From positions 35,650,001-35,714,000 of the forward strand of contig OZ231126.1 of assembly GCA_965153355.1 (NCBI GenBank): DNA of 64,000 nucleotides. Reading direction: 5' to 3'. A program made the translations under genes and the position numbers. Shown here in pieces: positions 23,274 to 36,483 of the stretch. The stretch's first letter is position 1. Each line of letters opens with the position of its first letter. Under the pieces are notes generated by a model that saw nothing but the letters and a program-made list of their open reading frames with translations, did not search any database and had not been told where the DNA came from. This DNA comes from Flaccisagitta enflata. Its lineage: Eukaryota.

Positions 23274-23393
23274 CAACGGACCATCACATTAACGTAAACG
23301 CGACTAAAAATTCTGACGTGTAGTCGTGTTTGTGGTTGCGCTATTTCAAAAAGTAAGAATCTGCATTAAGACTGAAATGTGAATCGATTTCAG

Positions 23394-23572
23394 ATTCTTG
23401 CGATCCCGCCCCATCCGAGAGCGATTGTACGCGACCCGCTGATCTCAGCAGTTGCAACGGCCTGTCGCTCTGCCGGGCCGAGATGACACCGTTTGGTGAG
23501 GGGGTTTGCCATGGAAGGAGATACAAAGCCAAGTATCTCAAAGTTGTCTACCAATGTCTCCACAGAACTAAG
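23394..23572 (+). CDS. SUEL-lectin/Ig/Ig receptor, exon 2 (rest of SUEL domain)
   Basis: TTTCAG| acceptor, phase 1 matching exon 1. Translates DSCDPAPSESDCTRPADLSSCNGLSLCRAEMTPFGEGVCHGRRYKAKYLKVVYQC, with the SUEL pattern CNG..C...C.G...KYL.V.Y.C. Donor AAG|GTGAG. Confidence 0.85.
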
Positions 23573-23626
23573 GTGAGCAGCTCATTTTTGCCCTTGGTCC
23601 CATGTGGGATTCATTCGTTCATTTTT

Positions 23627-23681
<55 letters not shown>

Positions 23682-24106
23682 TCTATTTATTTGTTTAATT
23701 ATTTATTTAATTATTTATTTATTTATATATTTATTTATTTATTCAAAGAAGTATATTGGTTAAAACTTTTAAGGGTGATTGATATTGCGTGAGTTAGAAG
23801 GTATATACATCCAAAGAGGACGTGAAAGACAATTCAAGAGCTCAATATTAACCGTCGGTGTCATGCTGAAAACATGAACGTGAACGTTAGAAATTAGAGG
23901 CCAAAACGCTACGGGGGATAATTTGTCTTGCATGATTGAGATTGCTTAAAATGCTTTGAGGTGACCTCGCGTGATGTGCCTTGAGTTCTGTCTCCCTTTA
24001 TCATTACGACTTGAAATGGTCATGCGATCACGCTTTTCCTTTCTTTTTTTCTTTCTTTTTCATTCTTTCTTTTTTTTCTTTCTTTCTTTCATATCTCCGT
24101 TCTGTC

Positions 24107-24191
<85 letters not shown>

Positions 24192-24194
24192 CAG

Positions 24195-24535
24195 TCCGGC
24201 GCCCTAACCAAGTCAGCGCCCGCCGCAAAGCCTCGTCAATTCTTCGTTTTGGAGGGGACGTCTCTCTCTCTGTCTTGCCACTCGTTCACAACAAACCGCG
24301 ACTACCCGATTTGGTCCATCTCTTCGACGGACGAAAGCGAGAAAGCGTCCTTTTCTTCTTCGTCTTCGTCTCGTCAACGAACACGAAGCACCACCTCTAA
24401 AATCATCGCGCAAGGCAACAACACTATTCGTCGAGACTTGTTCCAAATCCATTTTGATCGCGACGATTATATTCTGCGAACAACGAAAGTCACCAGCAAA
24501 CATGCCGGGACTTATTATTGCAACAGAATTAGAAG
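24195..24535 (+). CDS. SUEL-lectin/Ig/Ig receptor, exon 3 (V-type Ig domain)
   Basis: CCAG| acceptor, phase 0. VLEGTSLSLSC..W...HAGTYYC Ig signature. Donor AG|GTTAG, phase 2. Confidence 0.85.
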
Positions 24536-24573
24536 GTTAGTTCGATTTCACATTTATATTTGAGCGTACGTTT

Positions 24574-24644
<71 letters not shown>

Positions 24645-25150
24645 ATTGTTGTTGTTGTTGTTGTTGTTGTTTTTGTTTTGATTGTTGTTGTTGTTTTTGT
24701 TTTGATTGTTGTTGTTGTTTTTGTTTTGATTGTTGTTGTTGTTGCTTTTGTTTTGATTGTTGTTGTTGTTGCTTTTGTTTTGATTGTTGTTGTTGCTTTT
24801 GTTTTGATTGTTGCTTTTGTTTTGATTGTTGTTGTTGCTTTTGTTGTGATTGTTGTTGTTTTTGTTGCTTTTGTTTTGATTGTTGTTGTTTTTGTTGCTT
24901 TTGTTTTGATTGTTGTTGTTGTTGCTTTGTTTTGATTGTTGTTGTTGTTGCTTTTGTTTTGATTGTTGCTGTTGCTGCTGTTATTTTGATTGTTGTTGGT
25001 GCTTTTGTATTTGTTGTTGTTGTTGTTGTTATTGTTGTTGTTGTAGCTTTTGCTTCGATTAGTGTTGTTGTTGTAGCTTTTGCTTTGATTGTTGTTGTAG
25101 CTTTTGTTTTGATTGTTGTTGTTGCTGCTTTTATTTTGATATATGTTGAT
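24574..25150. repeat. (TTG)n-derived intronic low-complexity repeat
   Basis: Direct reading. A similar (ACA)n tract lies at ~25792-26190. Confidence 0.9.
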
Positions 25151-25274
25151 GTTTTGGTTGTTTTTGTCCTTTTGTTTTTTTGTTGATTGTTGTTACGTGT
25201 ACGTAATCGTTGTTTTGGTTGTTCGTTGCAATCGTTTTTTCTACCCGTAACCGGTTCTTTTTTTTCCACTACAG

Positions 25275-25747
25275 TGACCGCGACAAAGAAAAGATCTTCT
25301 ACCAAGTATTCGTCTACTCCCGTCCAAAATGTCTCACGATGAAGAAAACAAAAGTGCAAATGGAATCTCCTTTCAACGCCACATGCGACACGAGCGTCTG
25401 GGCCCCGAAAATGTCCTCCACTGCGACAAAAGAGCAACGGAAGACCATGGACTCGATATTGTCCCGTCACGTCACGATTTGGCAAAGCGGAGATCGAATA
25501 GATAAAAAGAAACTATCAAATTTGACTTCTTCGTGGTCCGAGGAGGCGGCTCTCGATCAGACAACGACGATGAGGAAGTTGAGCTTGACGGCCACCAAAC
25601 GAATCAACTCCCTCGACAATCATACGAAATTCGCTTGCGAAGTTTTTAGCGAAGGATTTGAGTGGGTTGGATTCTCCACTCACGTTTGTCAGTCTGAAGA
25701 AATTGTGGTTACAGAAGCGGACAAGTGGGACAAAGATGTCGTTATTG
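25275..25747 (+). CDS. SUEL-lectin/Ig/Ig receptor, exon 4 (second Ig-like domain)
   Basis: TACAG| acceptor, phase 2. FNATC...VTIW...LSLTA...DNHTKFACEV. Donor G|GTCAGT, phase 1. Confidence 0.8.
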
Positions 25748-26087
25748 GTCAGTTCACTTTCTTGAATCTTGATTCGCATTGTCCACGAAAATAACAACAG
25801 AACAAAACAACAACAACAATAGCAGAACAAAACAACAACAACAACAACACAACAACAAAACAACAACAACACAATAACAAAACGATACAACGAAAACGAC
25901 AGCAACGACAACGATTACGACAACAAAAAAAAAAAAATAACAGCGACGACAACAGCGACGACAACAGCAACGACAACAACTGAATAACAAACACAACAAA
26001 AACAAGTACAACGAAAATACAACTGCGGCGGCAACAACATAAAACCAACAACAAATGCAGCTATGACAATAACAATGATAACAAATA

Positions 26088-26157
<70 letters not shown>

Positions 26158-26259
26158 AACAACAATAACAACTATTACGACGACGACGACAGCAATGACT
26201 AGAATGCAGGAAAAGAAACGGGCAGCTCACCTCAAATTGTATCACATTTTTCCCTTCAG

Positions 26260-27281
26260 GCGTGGCGATGGCGTTGGCTATCATTTTGTTGTCCTTCATC
26301 CTGGTGGCGCTTCTGGCGTACAAAGGATTGATCTGCCGACGTCAACGCCGAAAATTCATCGTCTCTCTCAAACTTCATCGCCAAAACGGCGGCCTTTACA
26401 CTAATTGTCCCGACGATACTCTGCCCCATGAAATTGACGCCGTAGCCAATTATCTAGCCAGAGATGGCGGAGCCTCGACTAGTATTCCCAACGGTGTCGC
26501 CATTCACGCCAACAAGGGCAACGCCAAGACTTATGCCAATGGAAGCATCGTTATGAACCCCAGTAATTCCACCTCACCCCACGTCATGTCCGCTCCCGGC
26601 TCTCGTCTTTCTCCGTGTCCGCACTGCCATCTTCCAACGCCGTCAGAATCTGATGGATTTCTCGACCAATCAGCATCGACGTTCGCGCCGGCGATCGACC
26701 AATCAGAGGCCGAGCGTTTGACCCTAGAGCGAGAAAAGGGTCCCAGCGATACGATGGACATTCAACCGCCGGCGAACAAAAAGGGCAACAATACTCAAAC
26801 GGTATTCGCCGATGCCGACGACGCCGTAGTCGCCATCAAACGCGCGCTGGCTCATACCGGCGCCATTCCCAAGAGGCGCTCGTCGAATCGCGGCGGGATC
26901 ACCGAGGACTCTGCGCCACAACTTGGCGTCAATATTAGCGTCAACCCCAACGCCAAACACCATCAACAACTCGTCACGAATTTGGCGCGAGAACAGAAGA
27001 TGGCGCTCGACTGTGGACAATGTCGTGGAAAGGCCCAAAATGGCGTCGCGGGACAAACGAAAGACTCCATGGCGATGATGAAGCCGACGACGACGACGAC
27101 GAGAAACTCATTCGGCGGCGTCGCGACGGAAACGAAGATCGTGACGACGAAAGACAAAAGGGGCAATTCGGTCGTCGACTCGAAAGTGCCTCAGGCGAAG
27201 GAAGACAAACCACTCGTCAGAATCCATAGCATAAGACATAAAGTCGAAAGGGCTTCCATGAGGAAAAAGGCCGCGGTGTAA
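26260..27281 (+). CDS. SUEL-lectin/Ig/Ig receptor, exon 5 (transmembrane helix and long cytoplasmic tail)
   Basis: CTTCAG| acceptor, phase 1. GVAMALAIILLSFILVALLAY followed by basic RRQRRK; TAA stop. The five exons total 2247 nt (748 aa). Confidence 0.85.
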
Positions 27282-28671
27282 ATGGTCAGTTGTTAGTGAC
27301 TTCGTATTAGTGGTTTCAGTAGTCTGTAGTCTATAGGCGCATCTTAATGAGAACTTTTTTGCTTCAGCATTCCCATGTTTCTCGATCATCTTTTAGTGCA
27401 ATTTCGTTTTCATATGCAGTGCACACATATGCACACATGACGCACTGGTCATTGTAACACGTTTGTTTGATTGAAAGGGAAAGAGCGGTGTGTGGATAAG
27501 AAATTTGTGAATGAGAAATTTGCCTACGTAATTAAAAAAAAATTTAAATCCACTTCTAATGAAAACATTTTTTTTGCACGCCGTTTTGGTCTTCAAGTAT
27601 TATCATTGTTGATGTTTTGATTATTTTGGGTTGTTGCACTGTTTTTTTATTACCTCAAATGTTATGCTTGCATTGAAGTGTTGTTTTTTCTGGCTTTCGA
27701 GCTTTTATTACTTTGTGCGATGTCCTCAGGAATGACGCGGTTTTTGCGATGTACTCTGTGGCACTAAAATACTACATTTGCGAAACTACTTTTTTTTCTA
27801 TGGCGTAAGACACAATGAACGGGGCCGGGTCATTTGTTAACTAGCAAAATTTGGGCAATTATTCTAGCTATTCTAAAAATCTGTCTATTTGTTCTTTTCA
27901 GTACAGTACGAGTATCGAAGAACTGTAAAACTCTGGGGAAGCTATTCTAAGAGGGGATTTCCTCTGATTGTACCTTCAAAAGGGGGCTACGATTCATAAT
28001 CAAATTTTTTACCACATAATGCACCTATAGGTCTACTATGTTGTTTAAGGTTTCTTTTTAAGCAAAAACAATTTTTTCAGTTTTTTTTTCTAATTTTGGA
28101 CGAAAAAATGACACACAAAAATTTCTTTAAATAGTATGTTAGACACATTTACACAAATTTCTTTTTTTGTTGGGGATTTTCAGCCTATTTTTCTTGCTAT
28201 GGCACCTAAAACTCAAAAAACGCAAAAAGTGGAATAGCTACTCAAGTTTCTGATAGAATTGTCTGATTTTTGGTGTGGTACTAGTTTTATGACTCACTAG
28301 TAAAGTGCAAAATTTCAGCTCTTCAAATGAATTTTTTATACAGTGATGAAATTTTGAAATATTCACAAAATGTAATGTTGGATGATTTTCCCTCAAAAAT
28401 CTTTCTTTCAAATAAAAAATTCCACCAATTGTTATTTTCTGATATGATTAATCACTAGTTAAGAGTTTCTAAAAAAATGTTTTAACTAGCCCTCTTTGAA
28501 AAAAATTTTTTCTCAAAAATTGCAAAAATGACTCATTTTTTAAGGTTGAATAAAAACTGTCTCTGTTATCCGATCATCTTCATTTTTGGTGTTGTTACCT
28601 GTTATCTACCCTAACTCCACCTAAAATTTGAGCTCACTGCGACAAACAGCTGCGGAGATATCAACGTTCAA

Positions 28672-29240
28672 AGTAGATGTCATCTAGACTTAGAAATACG
28701 GGGGAATTCATTATGGGAAGACAACTGTACTTAAGAGACTGATATTTGAAATTTAGACTAATAAAAGGATTCTTTATTGCCCATGGGTGTTGGTTGCTAT
28801 GGAAACACATTTCAATGTATTTACGCTAAAGTATCAATATTTTTAGAAATTTTTTCAGGGAACATTGTTTGAAATAAAATTTGCTATAACTTTCCCACAA
28901 TATGTTCTGTAAGAATATTGCTCGTTTAGCCGTTGCTAGGGAGCGTAACTATGTGTGACAGCCCTGTGATACTCCCTAGCAACCGCCGAACGAGCGATAT
29001 TCTTACAGAACATACTGTGGGAAAGTTGTAGCAAATTCTATTTTAAACAATGTTCCTTCAAAAAATTTCTCAAAACATTGATACTTTAGCGTGAATACAT
29101 GGAAATGTGTTTCCATGGCAACCAACACCCATGGGCAATTAAGCATCCTTTTATTAGTTTATATTCTAAATATCAGTCTCAAGTTTATCTGTCTTCCTGT
29201 AGTGAATTCCCCCGCATTTCCAAGTCTAGACGACATCTAC
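28672..29240. repeat. Long imperfect palindrome (~280-bp arms), MITE-like
   Basis: For example CCCATGGGTGTTGGTTGCTATGGAAACAC versus GTGTTTCCATGGCAACCAACACCCATGGG; centre ~28955. Confidence 0.85.
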
Positions 29241-29644
29241 TGTACTTTGTCGGGGGAAAGTCAGCGAAATTTGTATTTTGGCCATTTTTTAAGCTTGCGT
29301 CAAATTTCTTTCTTTCTTTCTGATACCTCCATTTTGGCTGAAGTTACTCAGGATCAAGCATTTAGCCATATTCTAAAATTTCACACTTGTCCGTCAAGCC
29401 GTTTTAGAGTTCTGAAGGTCCAATGTTTGAAAAAACGCCAAATTTTGAACAAAAACGAAATTGAAAAATTTTTTCAAAGAATTGAAAAAAGGGTTTTGGA
29501 TCTAGGCGAATTATGTAATTTCAAATTATTTCGACCCCCCTTTTGGAGACATTTTTAAAAAAATTGTTTCGCTATAAAGCCACAAGAAAAAGCCATTTTC
29601 ATGTTAATTTTACAGGTACCTTTCAAATATCATAGTAACTATAT

Positions 29645-29846
29645 TTTCAGTCGCGTGCTACGCGACTCTACACCCCGCTTTGTCGGTCCGTCCGTCGGTC
29701 CGTCTGTCGGTCCGTCGGTCCATCCGTCCGTCACGCTTTACTTTTTTTGTTTTTTTGCGGTCTTTGGCCTCACTGCTACTGCCCAAGTGATCAAGTGACC
29801 TGCCCACCCGCACGCGACTGGGGTAGCGGTGTATCCGGCCTTGTTT
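29645..29846 (+). mobile_element. HINE/DINE-like element
   Basis: AGTCGCGTGCTACGCGACT, (GTCC/GTCG)n, then GCACGCGACT...GTATCCGGCCTTGTTTT. Many further partial copies, e.g. ~7745-7823, 41080-41340, 42670-42790, 43556-43738, 46645-46895. Confidence 0.7.
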
Positions 29847-30797
29847 TCAAAATAATGGAAGACAGGAAACAAATGTCCCGAAACAGTTCCGTCTATCGTC
29901 AATACCTTGCTGATTCAATATGCATTAGTTTGGTTGTGTAATTAGTTTTTGTGTCTTTTTGAAAATGTGTAATTGGTTGAAAGATAAATATATAAAAAGT
30001 ACGGCTTAATCATTTATTGCAACTTCCTTTGAAACTGAACACCCCATACTGGAACTACACTCTTCTTTTCTCTGATTCATTCAAACTCTCTCTCTCGAGA
30101 TGTGAAATGTAGACAGAGCAGTCTCACTTCAATGAAAATCACATGATTGAATTTTCTTTTCAAAATGATATCATTGTCTGGACAGAGGTAATGAAGCCTA
30201 GAAAAAATTTATTTGCAATTGATAAAAATAATCGATAATGTTTTAGGACAACATAGAATTATCAATGAACACAGCACAGGCAAAAGAATTATGCATCAAG
30301 GTTTTTTCCCACACTTCTTCAGCTATGACAGAGCCTATCAGGAGATTGTCAACTAAGACGAAGAAGTTATTGTAATTTTCAGATTTGCGAAATTACTGGG
30401 GTGTAGAAAGTTGAGTTCCCCCCTCCCTCAAGGAGTTAGTCAGTAAATCAAAAGGGGGGGATTTGAAGAAAAAGGACAAAATTACATGGCCTATTAGTTT
30501 TAAATTTTTTTTAATCATAGTAGCATAGTTACACCGCGCTATAATGGACCAAAGAATAACAGAAATCCGCCTGTTATAGATAGACTCAGTAAGGATGTTT
30601 GCCAATTATTAAGTTGGTTTCGCTAAGTAGAAAACTAGGAGTGATGCGCGTAGTAACTAGTCAGGGAGGGCTCACAAGTCTTCCTTTTATATTTTTCGGC
30701 TTGGGTATAGTGAGGGATATTGTTCCACTCGTCGTGCCAAATCTTTTAATTTTTTTTCTTTTGACTTGTTTTATTGGCAATATCAGATAACCGCCTA

Positions 30798-31755
30798 TGT
30801 CAGGGTGCAATCGAAGACAAAATTTGATCAGTCTACACATTTTTTTGCAATATTATAGACATTGTTAATTTGCATATTTTATCAATGAAAAATTAATGAG
30901 TTAATTGATTAATTAGTTTATGTTTTAACTTTTTTTGCATTAAAACCCATTTTTTTGTCCAAAGTAGCTTTGAAATGTAGGGATAAAGGTAAAAAAAAGG
31001 GAGTTTTTAAGGAAAATCTTTTTTTACAATCTGATATGTCCTGGATAAAATTATAATTTTGCATACAGATTCAAAAATCATTAATTTTAAAAACATGGCA
31101 TGTTTCTAAAAACTCATAAGAAGAATGCCATGTGTTTAGAAATGCAAAATTTTGCATTCAGAAGCAGAATTATTATTCTACCCAATAACTAAATAAACTT
31201 TTCCTCTTATTTTCAGAAGAAATTTTCTTGTTTTGTTGGATAACTTTTGTCCTTATAAATTTACAATAGAAACTTTTTGTTTGGTAATTATTTTTTAATA
31301 TTCTTAAAAAAATCAAGAATATAAAATTTTGATTTAAAAAATTACCACCTACTTGGATAGCTAAACATTAGGGCGGCTACCTGGAGGGTCAAATGTGGTC
31401 AAATTTCAGAACGCCTCAGCCAACTAACCATACACTCAACGTCATATTTAAAAAGGAATTGAGGCCAGCGGAGATTGGTATCTGGAAAGAAAACCCGCAC
31501 GGCAACACTATAGAGTTACAATGGGCGTAAAATTGCTTTCATATACTTTACCATTGTGTTGTCGTGCGGGTTTCTTGATCAAATACCGACCTCTGCTTGT
31601 CTGATTTACTGCCCAAATGCCGCTTAGAATGTATGGTTAGGTGGCGGAGGAATTTTAAATGTTGAGCCAAATTCACCCTTCAGGTAACCAGCCTACTAAA
31701 CATAACAGTTTAATGTGATTGAAAATCAAATTTTGTCTTCATTTGCACCCCGACC
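30798..31755. mobile_element. TA-flanked MITE with an internal inverted-repeat element (~31369-31696)
   Basis: GTCAGGGTGCAATCGAAGACAAAATTTGAT versus ATCAAATTTTGTCTTCATTTGCACCCCGAC. Confidence 0.6.
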
Positions 31756-32358
31756 TATAACGAATAGAATTTGTTGGTCATCTGAAATTCATTTTTGTTG
31801 AGTTCAACACAAAACAAGTGGTACTACGTACAAGATGATTTACTTCTATTTGAGCCCATTATTGATAGCCTAATGCTCTGTGGCGTAGAAAATAGAAAAT
31901 CGAAGATTCCTTGCCCAACATAGAAAGGAGGGGACGGGGGTAATCAAAGACCACTATAAACACCCCTGTAAAGTTATCAGGAAACACTAGAAAAAGATTG
32001 CTTTTATCGGACAAGTTGAGTGAACTTTTCAGTATTTAGAAAAGGCCATTCTAAAACAACCGAATACACGGGCAGGAGCGGAAATCCCCAAAAAGCGACT
32101 TTGTGACGGGCGGATAGACCGACCGACGGACCGACTGACTTAATGGAAAAAGGCATATAGATGCTTTTTTTATCACAGAATAGAAGGGAGCGTTGTAGAG
32201 AAGTGGATTTATGGGGTCCCACACCAAGATGACATGAACGTAAGGTTATGTTTTACAACACTTTGTCCCTCGTTCACTTCATCGGTTACGTTATCGATAT
32301 AACCATGACCACCATTGGTGCCACCATTGCATTGGTGGCACAAAAAACCGACCATGGC

Positions 32359-32462
<104 letters not shown>

Positions 32463-32590
32463 AATTTTTGAAGAAAAAAATGTTTAAAATTAAAATGAAA
32501 AATGAATTAAAATGACAATTGTAGTTTCTGCGTTTTAGGTTGAATCCCCTCGATGACGAATTTGGCTGTCGAAAATTTGGGACAACACTC

Positions 32591-32677
<87 letters not shown>

Positions 32678-32946
32678 GCGCACACAGACGGACCATTTTT
32701 GATCATTTACCAACAGATTAATGGGTTTCTGAGAGTGTCATGTCTTGTGAAAACGAACGTGTGTGATATGCATCTGACAGAAAACTCATTTAAGGAGGGA
32801 GACGAAATCTTAGCTAAAAGACTACCAATGAGATGGTCACACTTTTCTCTGTCTGAGAAGAATCCACATTTTTACGATACGATACGTATTGAGTGTATAT
32901 CAACGTTAAAGACGCTTAGTGGTTTCGTGGTTTGTGCTTCGAAGAC

Positions 32947-33580
32947 TCATAGTCCAAGCATCGCCCTAAAGACCATCGGCACGAGATAGCCGATGAGGAG
33001 GCCGTTTATCCCGAAGAAGAGGAAAAACCCGACAGTTTTGGCGAGCGACGTTTTCCAGCCTTTTGTCGGACGATCGTAGTCAGTTTCTCTCGGCTTTTCC
33101 AACGTCGACAAGCCATTCCAGTCTCCCGTCGTCGACATGTCCACCACGATCTCCACCTGCTTCTTCTCAACAAGTCCGACGTCGACGTCGTCAACATCAT
33201 CTTCGCCGTCGACGACAACGGTTTGATCGACGACGCCGCGTCTCGTCGGTGTGACGCCATCAGGCGAAGCGGAAGCGGCGGGCGTCGCGACGCCGTTGCT
33301 TCCGCTTTCCGGCGTCACGGATCCTTGTTTCGGCGTTGGTGGTGAAAGCGCGAGAGTCGGCGGTGGCGCCGAACTGGCGGCAGTCGGCGTGAAGGCACGA
33401 AGATCTGGAGTGATACCAGTCCGGGTGGCGCTGACGCTGGCGCCGCCCCCAACGGCGCCCCCTACGGCGCCGGCGGCTAATAAATACTCGGGCAAATCTG
33501 GTGAGTCGGAGGCGAAATGCGAAGAGGGCGGACGGGAAGACGGACGCGACGACGGACGGGAAGAGTCATCTTGTAATTGA
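32947..33580 (-). CDS. Uncharacterised Ser/Pro-rich protein with C-terminal membrane anchor, last exon
   Basis: GC-rich coding-like stretch with acceptor TTTTGCCGCAG|, phase 2. Ends TVGFFLFFGINGLLIGYLVPMVFRAMLGL*. Confidence 0.75.
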
Positions 33581-33691
33581 CTGCGGCAAAAAGATCGTGT
33601 GAAAAAATCAGACGTTGGAAATTTCAAGTTTAATGTTTAAAGTTATGAAAGGATCGCTTTGAAAATTCAGAGAAGCAACAGGGCCATGTGG

Positions 33692-33734
<43 letters not shown>

Positions 33735-33745
33735 CACAACAACAA

Positions 33746-33813
<68 letters not shown>

Positions 33814-33886
33814 TAGTTATACCAGGCCAAACGTCAGTTTAAAAGTGTGCTCTTGCATCGTCTTTCTCTCGATTCCTTTTCCTCAC

Positions 33887-33961
33887 CTTAGTCTTTTGTT
33901 TGTTGATATTCTTCCTGCGCTTGATCGACTTATGCTTCCCCGGTTTCCTTCCTCGCCTTGA
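33887..33961 (-). CDS. Same gene, middle exon
   Basis: TTTCAG| ... AAG|GTGAG, 75 nt, phase 2/2; QGEEGNRGSISRSSAGRISTNKRL. Confidence 0.65.
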
Positions 33962-36247
33962 CTGAAATGAGAAAAATCAATTAAATATCTAAAGTTTTAA
34001 CTTGGTAGCAATTTTGGGGAATGACTAGGGGAAGCAGAAAAATACTTGATTGAGGACTGAACTGAAAAATGTCTAGTTTATTACAACAATGCATAAGAAC
34101 GCGCTTTTTAACAAGGGAGACAAAAAAAGAGCATTACTGAAAGATTAAATGAGAGATCGGAAAAAAAAGAAGGAACAAATGGAACAAGTAACGCGGAGTC
34201 ACATTCCACACCCCATGCCCCCCCCACTAAAACGCATACCCCCCCAAAAAAAACACATCTAAAACACTCGTTTTTCGACTTATGCGTTACTGACGGACCT
34301 ACGGACAAACAGACCGACGGACGGACGGACGGACAAAGCCTTTTATAGAGTTGCGTGTCCGCAACTAAAAAGATTAAAAAAAAACAAATGGTGAGAGCGC
34401 CCAAAATGTTAAAGGGTTTAGTGAAAGCTTATATCATTTAGAACATGCTTTATATTGTGCAACTTATCACTATTGATTAATCAGTAAAAACAAACTGGAA
34501 ATCATGAATTTTCTGCGCTCCCTGTCAGCAGTCGCGCGTTAAATGACAGTTAATCGCAGGACTATTAACGTGTGCGAGAATAGTCGAGTGGGTGACTAGG
34601 TGTGGGTCGCGACTTTGCTCGGGATCCCATATGGTGGCCATTTCGAAAGAAAACAAGCCCGACCGGGCCACGATGCGTCCGGACTGTTACTCTCCGTGTA
34701 TTGAACATGTGACATGAATCAAGAGAGAGATGGACGAACTGACAGATGAACGACGGAGTAGTAAAGGCGACTCTCAAAACATGTTTGTCGATCGTTTGAT
34801 TCAGTATAGGATCTCACCGAGGCCAAAAACAGCCGAGAAACGCGGTTTTTGCACAGGCGTTACGGACCGACGGACCGATGGACGGACCGACAGACCCTCT
34901 TGTAGAGATGCGAGGACGCATCTAAAAAAGGACTTTTTTGGGAGGAACTAATCGTTTTGACATCTGGCCCATCGAGACCGAGGGACGACCTCCGCCTGAG
35001 GTGTGGGACCATTCTACACATGAACGCTAAAGTGGAGGTGAGAAGGTCCCCCTCCCCATCCACGATAAAATTTCTTACCAAAAATTGTTTTGAGCCAAGT
35101 TTGTTGTGTGTTTGTGGGGGAGAGGGGGGGTTCTAAAACTTTTGGCGCCTCCTCATCTTTAAATCAAGTTTTTTAGCGTCTATTTGTAACGAGCTTTTCA
35201 TCGAAGTCCCCGTAGTTTTTTAGTTGTATGGTTTTCATTTCGCTTTTATTTTCCACGTGCAATAATAGATTCTGACAAGTGATAAATCATCATGCCCCAG
35301 AGTGTCTACGAATGTGCACGTGCACGGCAAACGCTTCGCTAGATTTCCTCTTGTCGGGGGCAGTTCAATAGAATTGATAGACGTTAAGGGAGTTAGTATA
35401 TAGATGGTGCTATTCTGACTGAAAATCAGTTTGCAGTAGTGAGCGCATTAAATTGTAATGATGAGATTAAAAGAGTAGAAATAAACTGTAGGGTGTGGCC
35501 GTGCACGAAGTACTGTTGAACTCAATACATCTGGGTTAGGTTCTATGCATTGCAAACGTCGGCCCTCTCGAAAAATCGGGAAAAAAAGTCGAAGTCCGTC
35601 TTCGAATTTTTTACATATTCTAGAGAATCATGGTTTTCATATTCTTTTTAAAAAACTTGATCAAATATTTGAGGCCTCCAATGAAATTGATAATTCTCTT
35701 TCATTTGGCGCCAAGCAGAATGTTCTAGGACAAATATTTTTGGAATTTTGATTTCTTAAAGATGTTTCAACGGAAAATTCAAATTGAATTTTTTTCATTT
35801 TGTATGATTTTGAGTAGGATTAATAAAAAGTGTATTGATGTTATTTTGAGCATGCAAATACAAAAAAAAAAAAACATATTCATGAGCATAACTGCTCATC
35901 TGTCTTTTTTTTTCTGATTCCAAATAGGATAAGGGAATAAATATTTTGATACATATTTGAGTATGCAAATATAAGAAAGCATGTCACTAAGCATAGCTGC
36001 TCATCTTCAAGAGTGTTTTTGAGTATTCTAGCTCATTTAGCTGGTTCAGCTTAATCTTTTTTTCTGATTTTAAATGGGGTCAATAAATGTTTTGATATAA
36101 GCATGCAAATATAAGAAAGCATGTCAGTGAGCGTAAATGATTATCTGGTTGAGTGATTTTAAGTATTTCAGCTCATCTAGCTTGTTTGGCTCAGTCTTAT
36201 TTTTCTCTGATTTTCAGTGCAATCAATAGATACAATTGCCTTTAAAA

Positions 36248-36483
36248 TAACAAGACCAACACCTATAAGTTGAGTGCGAGACTTACAGATTGAGTTAGAA
36301 TGACTTAGAATGACTTAAAATGACTTAGTATACCCTAAAATAACTTAAAATGACTTAAAGAAATAAAATTGATAAAAAAAAGTAAAATGGGGACCGACCG
36401 ACCAACCAACCAACCAACCGACCGACCGACGAATCGACGGACGGACAAAGCGGGGTGTAGAGTTGCGTGCACGCAACTAAAAA
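36248..36483 (-). mobile_element. Short copy of the 19461-21385 HINE family
   Basis: Same ends (AGTTGCGTGCACGCAACT; TTATAGGTGTTGGTCTTGTT) but only about six 10-bp internal units. Confidence 0.65.
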
